Source: Macrostomum lignano
Lineage: Eukaryota
Assembly: GCA_002269645.1 (NCBI GenBank)
Contig: NIVC01002082.1
Coordinates: 61,788 to 125,787, forward strand
Length of the DNA stretch: 64,000 bases
Direction: 5' to 3'
The notes under the pieces are model-generated. The model did no database searches. It saw only the letters and a list, made by a program, of their open reading frames with translations, and was not told the origin of the DNA. Shown in pieces: positions 55,250 through 64,000 of this stretch; within the stretch, counting starts at the first letter, position 1, and each line of letters begins with the position of its first letter. A program made the translations under genes and the position numbers.

Positions 55250-55975
55250 ATGGGGTGGGTGGGGCAGGTGTGTACATTGGGGGTGGGGCGGGTGTGTACA
55301 TTGGGGGGTGGGCGGGTGTGTACATTGGGGGTGGGTGGGTGTGTACATTGGGGGTGGGGCGGGTGTGTACATTGGGGGGTGGGCGGGTGTGTACATTGGG
55401 GGGTGGGTGGGTGGGGCGGGTGTGTACATTGGGGGTGGGCGGGTGTGTACATTGGGGGGTGGGCGGGTGTGTACATTGGGGGTGGAGCGGGTGTGTACAT
55501 TAGGGGTGGGACGGGTGTGTACTTTAGGGGTGGGTGGGGCAGGTGTGTACATTGGGGGGTGGGCGGGTGTGTACATTGGGGGGTGGTGGGTGTGTACATT
55601 GGGGGTGGGCGGGTGTGTACATTGGGGGTGGAGCGGGTGTGTACATTAGGGGTGGGACGGGTGTGTACTTTAGGGGTGGGTGGGGCAGGTGTGTACATTG
55701 GGGGTGGGCGGGTGTGTACATTGGGGGTGGGTGGGTGTGTACATTGGGGGGTGGGCGGGTGTGTACATTGGGGGTGGAGCGGGTGTGTACATTAGGGGTG
55801 GGACGGGTGTGTACTTTAGGGGTGGGTGGGGCAGGTGTGTACATTGGGGGTGGGCGGGTGTGTACATTGGGGGTGGAGCGGGTGTGTACTTTAGGGGTGG
55901 GTGGGGCGGGTGTGTACATTGGGGTCGGTGGCAGGTGTACATTGGGGTGGGTGGCAGGTGTGTACATTGGATATG
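55250..55975. repeat. G-rich ~22-bp minisatellite (gggcgggtgtgtacattgggggt)
   Basis: Directly visible; multiple G3-G6 runs per unit. Confidence 0.95.
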
Positions 55976-56609
55976 ACAGTAATAAGTACGCAAAATAGGG
56001 AGCTAAAAGCTAACGGATAAAATAATTCACTTATCATTAAAAATCGAATCGAATTCAAATAATTACACCAGCCAAAAACAGTGCAATGTTCCAGAAAAAA
56101 AGCCTAAAAAACTTCAGTTCAAATGAAATCGCAACAGACCAATGCAACCGCAAGGGCCAAAGTTCATTTAAGACTTCATGTACCCTCATTTAAAACTCGA
56201 GTGTCAAAAGAACCGAGCCGTGCCTGAGACACTAAAAATGTACTGTTAAAGCACAACACTTGGTATAATAGTAATTATTATTAACCAGGTAACAAAACTA
56301 CACATAAACTACAGCGCTAAGCAAAATCACAATTTTTATATGCTGTCAACATGTTAATAAACTTATGAATACACGCGAAGACCTACTTACAACACATGAG
56401 AGTAGTAGTAATAATAGCATTTGTCGACCTTTTCTTTGCATTATTCTTGAATAAAAATCCATACTTAAACAACGGGGTGAAGGGGGAAGACGACTCTAGT
56501 CTAAAGCACTGCTCAGCGGGGTTCGCGACATCTTCATTCATAAAGCAATATTGCCCCACAAACTTTTGAATTCTGACAATTAACCTGACGCCTTCTGACC
56601 TTTTTAAAC

Positions 56610-56825
56610 TTGGCTCTATCTGACAAATCTAAATTGGCGCCATCTGACAAATCTGACTTGGCGCCATCTGACAAATCTGACTTGGCGCCATCTGACAAAT
56701 CCAACTTGTCGCCATCTGACAAATCGACTTGGCGCCATCTGACAAATCCAACTTGACGCCATTTCAAAAATAATTTAGCGCCATTAGACAAATCTGACAA
56801 ATCTGATTTGGCGCCATCTGACAAC
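56610..56825. repeat. ~22-bp repeat (tggcgccatctgacaaatctgact) just 3' of the MKK7 stop
   Basis: About 8 copies. Confidence 0.85.
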
Positions 56826-56889
56826 CAGTTGAACTCTCAAACGCGAACCCCGCTGAGACAGCGGTAAACAAGCAGCTGATGAGAACAGG

Positions 56890-57402
56890 TTAAAATGGCG
56901 GCAGAGGCGACTCAGGCGTAGAGTACTGAGCCTGCTGAGAGTGATGAAGCCTAGGCGGAGGCTGCGGCAGCTGCTGGTGCTGCTGACAGCCAGCCGGTTT
57001 CGGAGCGCTAGGCGACCGGCTCTGCAGGGAGGACGGCGAGCTGTTGTCCACCGAGCCGTAGCCCGAGCTCGAGCCCTGCGACCCGGCAGACAGCTGACGA
57101 TGGCGACGGAAAGCCGCGCTGCTGGAGGCCGAACTCCCGGCCGCTGTAGCCGCCGCCGCCGCCGCCGGGCAGCCGCAGCCGCACCTCCAGCCGCCGCTAC
57201 TCCGGCGGCACTTCCGGCTCCGCTACTTCCGGAACTGCTTCCACCGCCGGTGCTTCCGCTTGGCGAGGCCAGGCCCGGACAGCGGATTCGAACCTCGGCC
57301 AGCCAGTCGGCCAGATCCGTCTGAGTCTGCTCGTGATATTTGATGAAGTCGTGGCCGAGCAGCCGCTGGTACTTCGGCCGCAGACTCACGTCCTTGGTTA
57401 GG
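56890..57402 (-). CDS. MAP2K7: MAP2K7 last exon (kinase C-terminus plus low-complexity tail; apparent 1-nt frameshift near 57167)
   Basis: Acceptor tttcacag|C; CLTKDVSLRPKYQRLLGHDFIK. The natural-looking tail continues in a shifted frame ...SSGYGSVDNSS...PLPPF* (TAA 56892-56890). Confidence 0.8.
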
Positions 57403-57559
57403 CTGTGAAAGGATTATTTTTTGCGAATGGGAAAATATACCGATATGTATCGAAAAAATTATAACCTAGCATAAAAAAATGAACGAAATACTTGTACAAA
57501 ATAAATGAAAGAATTAAAATCGCTTGGGTAACAAAAGCCCCATTGATGGAAAAATCTTA

Positions 57560-57880
57560 GCGATGCGGATGATAATTTGGCGCCAATTTAGCGCCGAGGA
57601 TGAGACTTTGGCGCCAATTTCAGACTTTAGGGCCAATTTAGCACAGCAGATGATATTTTGGCGACAATTTATGGCTTTAGCGCCGCAGATTTTTTGGCGC
57701 TAATTTAGCGCCAAGGATGAGATTTTAGCGCCAATTTCAGACTTTATGGCCAATTTAGGGCCGCAAATAATATTTTGGCGCCAATTTTGCGCTGCGGAGG
57801 AGACTTTGGCGCCAATTTAGCGCCGAAGATGATATTCTGGCGTCAATTTAGCGCCACTGATTATACTTTCGCGCCAATTT
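57560..57880. repeat. Degenerate repeat built on ttggcgccaatttagcgcc
   Basis: Recurrent motif, irregular period. Confidence 0.8.
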
Positions 57881-58799
57881 AACAGGAGTCGCTAAAAAGT
57901 CGTTGCAAACAACTTGCTACTGACTCTACGCAACGGAGAGGCGACCGTTAAGTCGCAAAAAAGTCGTCCCAAGAGACGTTGTGTTATCTGTCAACTTTCT
58001 ACCAACTCCAGTAGACTAAATAGAGGTGTTATAGATGCAAAATATGCGATTCAAATTCAGTGATTCTTCAGTGTCTCTACGATCCCAGAGTCGTTTCCGA
58101 GTCGCAGACAATCGAAACGCCTCAAATTGATTCTTAGGCAACTCTTTGACGATTTTAGAGCCGTCTAGAAGAAAATAAAGTCAGGGCCGTCCTCGACAAG
58201 CACTTGAGGACTAATAAGAGCAATTACTGTTCACACAGGAAGCAAAAAAAAGAGAGCCAAAAAGAGAAGCTGGTCGACTTTGTGCTTAAAAAAACGGCAG
58301 TGCAAGTCAAAGGGCTGAAAATTGAGGTTTGAGATTCGCGAACGGACAGGAAAGTCAGGAATGTTCCTCATGGTTTGCTCCGGGGAAATTCCAAATCAAA
58401 ACTGCAGTGCAGCAGAACAGGCAGAAGGTTTAGACAGGCTAAAAATAGACTGACTCGAGTATCCTGCGATTTTGATAGAGACAAAAAATGCTTCTGTTTT
58501 TTCTATTCGAGCCTAAGAAGCTTAAGAATTAGCGGGGCGGGAGCTCTGGATTAGCTGTGCGAGTATCCGCAATATTAATGGGAAACAAGACCCGACCGAG
58601 GAGAAAAATTACAATCGTTTAGAAAGTACACGCGTACTCAATAGAGTGCTAAGAAGTACTTGATTAAAATAAGCCTTGTATATTTTTTAGAGGTACACGC
58701 GTACTGCAAATTCGCAATCCTACTTAGGTAAATGGCTTATGTACTAAACGTAATTGGTACTCAGGTACCTGTGTACTAAGAAGTACAGGCGCATTTGAA

Positions 58800-59115
58800 G
58801 AGACAATGCGTACTTAGGCAGTGATTACTAAGGTACATACTTAGGTGCATGCGTACCTAGGTACATGCGTACTTAGGTACATGCTTACTTAGGTCCACGC
58901 GTACTTGAATTGATGCATACTTAGGTACATGCGTACTTAGGTACATGCGTACTTAGGTACATGCGTACTTAGGTACATGCGTACTTAGGTACATGCGTAC
59001 TTAGGTATATGAGTACTTAGGTTCATGCGTACTTAGGTTCATGCGTACTTAGGTACATGCGTACTTAGGTACATGCGTACTTAGGTACATGAGTACTTAG
59101 GTTCCTGCGTACTTG
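58800..59115. repeat. 16-bp minisatellite (ttaggtacatgcgtac)
   Basis: Directly visible, intronic. Confidence 0.93.
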
Positions 59116-59154
59116 TCGCGTATTCAAGATGTAAGCAGGGAAACGCGCACTCAC

Positions 59155-59534
59155 CAGCGAGCTACAAACTCTCGAAAATGATCGGTAAATCCGGTCAGAG
59201 GCAGCTGCGGCGGCGGCTCGTCAACAATCCTTGTGAGCATCTCCATCTCGGTGGCGCAGTCGGCCAGCGGGTGCCGGCCGGTGGCCAGCTCCACCAGGCT
59301 GATGCCCAGGGACCAAACGTCCGACCGGATATCGTAGGGCGCGGCCAGAGTGATCCGCTCGGGCGACAGGTAGGCCGTGCAGCCGGCGGTTCGAGTCTTG
59401 GCCCGCGAGTCCTCCAGCAGGCCGGAGATGCCAAAGTCGCAGAGTTTCACTCGGCCAGATTCGCTTAGCAGCATGTTGGACGGCTTCACGTCGCGGTGGA
59501 TGATATTGTGCCGCTCCTTCAGGTAGTGCAGAGC
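59155..59534 (-). CDS. MAP2K7: MAP2K7 exon (catalytic and activation loops)
   Basis: [23 protein letters not shown]...[29 protein letters not shown]...[20 protein letters not shown]; ctgcag| acceptor and |gtgagt donor; phases consistent. The S.AKTR.AGC motif is MKK7-type. Confidence 0.95.
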
Positions 59535-59829
59535 CTGCAGGCGGTGAGAAAATAGCTTAATCATGTGAGAGGATTTCTACAGCTTCTAGGGATATCTGGA
59601 GATCTGGGAAATGCATTAGCTAGTAGATAAAAACACATGAAGGCTTCCCTAAAAGCTCATTGAGTTGCTTGTGTGAGCTGAAGGAGCAACGGGTTAAAAT
59701 TAGTAGGTCTAAATAGTACAGTACTGGCTACCATATCGCTGAAAGTATTAAGTCAGTTATCCTAAATCCCAAATAACAGTCCCTGAAAAAATCCCATCTC
59801 ATCTCATCTCATTATCCAAAGCCCACCTC

Positions 59830-60310
59830 AGTTGCCACAAATCCCAAACGACAGTCACAGAAAAATCTCATATCAGTTATCCTCAAATCCCATCTCAATT
59901 ATCGCCAAATCCCAAATAACAGCCACTGAAAAATCCCATCTCAGTTATCCCAAATCCCAAACGACAGTCACTGAAAAATCCCATCTCAGTTATCCCAAAT
60001 CCCAAATGATAGTCACAGAAAAATCCCATCTCAGTTATCCCAAATCCAAAAGACAGTTACAGAAAAATCCCATCTCAGTTACCCAAATCCCAAATGGCAG
60101 TCACAGAAAAATCCCATCTCAGTTATCTCAAATCCCAAACGACAGTCACAGAAAAATCCCATCTCAGTTATCCCAAATCCCAAACGACAGCCACAGAAAA
60201 ATCCCATCTCAGTTACCCAAATCCCAAACGACAGCCACAGAAAAATCCCATCTCAGTTATCCCAAATCCCAAACGGCAGTCACAGAAAAATCCTATCTCA
60301 ATTATCCCAC
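59830..60310. repeat. 45-bp intronic minisatellite
   Basis: gaaaaatcccatctcagttatcccaaatcccaaacgacagtcaca, about 10 copies. Confidence 0.9.
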
Positions 60311-60325
60311 AGAACCGCAGCTCAC

Positions 60326-60752
60326 CTTGAGAATTGGCACCACAATTTTGCCCAGAATCCTCTCAGGCAGCGCTCCGGCATGCCGCATCAGCCGGTCTAA
60401 GCAGGTGGCCATCAGCTCCATGCAGACCCACACCTCCGACGGGAATATGAACACGCCGAAGCAGCGAACAATGTGCCGGCAATCGTGACACTTGGTCACC
60501 ACCTCCAGGTCCATGATCACTCGCTTGTTCTCCTCTGCATTATTGCCCGTCCGCCGCATCACCTTCACGGCCATCTGGCGGCCGCACTGCTTCAGCCTGG
60601 CCCGCGACACCACGCCGCAGATGCCCTGGCCAAGCTCGCATTCCAGCTGGATGTCCTCACGCTGGCAGCTGATGGTGGGCCCGCCGGGGTCAAGGGTCAG
60701 CTGGCCGCTCTTCTTCAGCATCTCCTCGTAGCGCCGGTGCACCTGGTCCTCT
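60326..60752 (-). CDS. MAP2K7: MAP2K7 exon (kinase N-lobe)
   Basis: LGQGICGVV...MAVKVMRRTGNNAEENKRVIMDLEVVTKCHDC.HIVRCFG...CMELMATC; 427 nt; donor AAG|gtgagc. Confidence 0.95.
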
Positions 60753-60869
60753 CTGCAGGTTGAGCGTGGGTTGGCGGCGATAGATGCGAAATTAATAACA
60801 AAGACATGGAGAGAGAGTTAGTAGCTTAATAAAGACTGTTTGTTGAACGACGACCCAGTGAAGCTGAGC

Positions 60870-61825
60870 AGAACAAAGACCCAATGGTGATAGCAATGGT
60901 AGCTGAATAAAGACTCGATGATAGCAATGGTACCTGAACAAAGACCCAGTGGTGATAGCAATAGTAGCTGAACAAAGACCCGGTGGTGATAGCAATGGTA
61001 GCTGAACAAAGACCCAGTGGTGATAGCAATAGTAGCTGAACAAAGACCCGGTGGTGATAGCAATAGTAGCTGAACAAAGACCCGGTGGTGATAGCAATGG
61101 TACCTGAACAAAGACCCGGTGGTGATAGCAATGGTAGCTGAACAAGACCCAGTGGTGATAGCAATGGTAGCTGAACAAAGACCCGGTGGTGATAGCAATG
61201 GTAGCTGAACAAGACCCAGTGGTCAAAGCAATGGTAGCTGAACAAAGACCCGAAGATTAGCAGTGGTAGCTGAACAAAGACCCGGTGGTGATAGCAATGG
61301 TAGCTGAACAAAGACCCGGTGGTGATAGCAATGGTAGCTGAACAAGACCCAGTGGTGATAGCAATGGTAGCTGAACAAAGACCCGGTGGTGATAGCAATG
61401 GTAGCTGAACAAGACCCAGTGGTCAAAGCAATGGTAGCTGAACAAAGACCCGAAGATTAGCAGTGGTAGCTGAACAAAGACCCGGTGGTGATAGCAATGG
61501 TAGCTGAACAAAGACCCGGTGGTGATAGCAATGGTAGCTGAACAAGACCCAGTGGTGATAGCAATGGTAGCTGAACAAAGACCCGGTGGTGATAGCAATG
61601 GTAGCTGAACAAGACCCAGTGGTCAAAGCAATGGTAGCTGAACAAAGACCCGAAGATTAGCAATGGTAGCTGAACAAAGACCCGGTGGTGATAGGAATGG
61701 TAGCTGAACAAAGACCCGGTGGTAATAGCAATGGTAGCTGAACAAAGACCCGAAGATTAGCAATGGTAGCTGAACAAAGACCCGGTGGTAATAGCAATGG
61801 TAGCTGAACAAAGACCTGAACACAA
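60870..61825. repeat. 33-34-bp intronic minisatellite with a 200-bp higher-order period
   Basis: gtggtgatagcaatggtagctgaacaaagacccg; identical ORFs recur 200 bp apart (61223 and 61423). Confidence 0.93.
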
Positions 61826-62394
61826 AAATCAGAATTGAAGATTTTAAACCAATACAAAGCCAGTTAGAATGCACTATACAATACGCGAGGCATGAGACAC
61901 GGAGAGAGGCGAGGCGTCATTCAGAGAAAGTGCATCTCAACAGGAGCCGTGGCAGCATCGATACTGACTCGAAGGCAAGAGACCCTGAGGCACCGTAATC
62001 AGTCGCGCACTAAGAGCCTGGCTCTCGTCACGCGCTATGCAACTCGGAGGATAAACGCACTAGCAGGGTATTAATTTCTCCCCCCACGTACCCCTCCTGC
62101 AGCTGCCTAATTGCAAACCTAGCTGAGAGGGGGGGCGTGACCGAGGCTTCAGCCTTGAGGCCTAATCGCAAAGTCTCACCCCCTTTTCCATCTCTCACGG
62201 CAACCCCTACCGAGCAGGGATGCCTTACTGTTTTATCATCATCATCGTGGAATCTAATTATTGCGAGGCCGTACTAAGACTTTCCTGATTGAGACTATTT
62301 TTATATTCTCAAGTTAAGTACTAGCGACGCTTGAATAAGTCAGCTTCTCAACTGTTGCCTGAGACTTCATGCAAGCCAGATGAGTTCAGTACAC

Positions 62395-63080
62395 TCGATT
62401 ATCTCTCTTCATCGCTCTTATCTCACTCTCAGCGTCACTTTTATCTCACTCTCTGCATCGATCTTATCTCACTCTCTGCATCGATCTTATCTCACTCTCA
62501 GCGTCGTTCTTATCTCACCCTCTGCATCGCTCTTATCTCACTCTCAGCGTCACTCTTATCTCACTCTCTGCATCGCTCTTATCTCACTCTCTGCATCGTT
62601 CTTATCTCACTCTCTGCATCGCTCTTATCTCTCTCTCTGCATCGCTCTTATCTCACTCTCTGCATCGCTCTTATCTCTCTCTCTGCATCGCTCTTATCTC
62701 ACTCTCTGCATCGCTCTTATCTCTCTCTCTGCATCGCTCTTATCTCACTCTCTGCATCGATCTTATCTCACTCTCTGCATCGCTCTTATCTCACTCTCTG
62801 CATCGCTCTTATCTCACTCTCTGCATCGCTCTTATCTCACTCTCAGCGTCAATCTTATCTCACTCTCTGCATCGCTCTTATCTCACTCTCTGCATCGCTC
62901 TTATCTCACTCTCTGCATCGCTCTTATCTCACTCTCTGCATCGCTCTTATCTCACTCTCTGCGTCAATCTTATCTCACTCTCTGCATCGATCTTATCTCA
63001 CTCTCAGCGTCACTCTTATCTCACTCTCTGCATCGCTCTTATCTCACTCTCTGCATCGCTCTTATCTCACTCTCTCATTC
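62395..63080. repeat. 23-bp intronic minisatellite (tctgcatcgctcttatctcactc)
   Basis: About 29 copies. Confidence 0.94.
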
Positions 63081-63133
63081 ACTCCTTTAATCTAATTTAT
63101 CACTTAGAAAAGGAAATAGTGAAAGTAACTCAC

Positions 63134-63267
63134 GGACTAAATTGTACAGAATGAGCAGATGAGGGCGACGGCGTGTACTGCTGCTGCGGCAGGTCGATGG
63201 ACACTGGCACGGGAAGCATGCGGCGTCGACGCAAGTGGTGGTTCAGATCCAGTGCGCAGTGGCAGAG
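63134..63267 (-). CDS. MAP2K7: Probable MAP2K7 N-terminal exon with a docking-motif-like RRRRMLPVPVSIDL
   Basis: Acceptor tttttaaacag|CTC, donor CC|gtgagt; 134 nt; CC+A joins the 60752 exon in frame. Confidence 0.7.
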
Positions 63268-64000
63268 CTGTTTAAAAATTAATTATAGCCATTTTTTAGA
63301 AATTTTGTAGCAAAATAGAAATTTGATGACATATAGGAAAGTAAGTATTTTGATACCTGACATTCATTTCTTAATTGTCAAAAAGAACAAGAAATCATAT
63401 TTTGTTTCTTTTTTCTTGTTTAAAACAATTTTATTTAAAGCAATCACTTTAATCAGTTATCTGTAATGTTTTGTCATTGTAAAAGAAGCCAACAAATATT
63501 TACCCAAATGAAAAATACCCAAAACTACCTAACATTGCTACTACTCTTGTCTTAAAAGCTGTTAAATGACCTTATAATTGATATACATGCCCTAAGAAAA
63601 TGACAAGAAGTTTTCATACTCATTTGAATTCTAAAAAGAGCAAAAAAATTAAGAATAACAAACTTTTCTCTATAAAATTGAAAATTGTGTGAAACAATCA
63701 TATTGAACTACTTAGAATGCCAACACCACTCACTATCAGTTTTAGATTATAATCTTATTGAATTTAAAGACAATATAAAAATTATTATGAAAAATAAATA
63801 CTTCTTGCATAGTTTAATAAGAGGAATGCAATGCTTAGTTATCTATTAGAATAAGTTTTAGGAAATGCACTAGCAAAAAATAACAAAGAAAAAATAGGAA
63901 TTAAAAAATTTTACAAGGAAAAAACTTTAGCTTTATTTAACAAACTTCATAGTACTTAGAATATATAAATTTGGGTTTTAAGAATTATCATACTTATTCA

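Noticed and set aside
56784-57166. Arg-rich MKK7 tail as given by the ORF track
   Set aside because: The alternative frame is far more protein-like, so this is treated as a frameshift.

Overview
Eukaryotic (animal) genomic DNA, very rich in simple repeats and transposons. It most likely comes from a Macrostomum-type flatworm; this is inferred from the spliced-leader match and the repeat landscape. Four host genes lie on the minus strand: a Nup214 N-terminal beta-propeller exon running off the window start (missed by the ORF track), an orphan polyQ two-TM protein, a RING-CH/MARCH-like membrane E3 ligase (3 exons seen) and MAP2K7/MKK7 (4 exons seen). Mobile elements include several TIR/TSD-defined MITEs, two tRNA-headed SINEs, a decayed CMC/EnSpm transposase, a deleted Gypsy element, an internally deleted LOA/R1-like LINE inside a CT microsatellite, and a young BEL/Pao LTR element with apparently identical 272-bp LTRs. 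The top finding is that both LTRs of the BEL/Pao element carry a near-perfect copy of the flatworm trans-splicing spliced-leader (SL) exon: 31/35 nt match, 25 contiguous, to the Macrostomum lignano SL as I recall it. It lies just upstream of the PBS and has no splice donor or Sm site. The second notable structure is a 6.6-kb composite array of ten 273-bp units with (ATCT)n expansions always at the same site.
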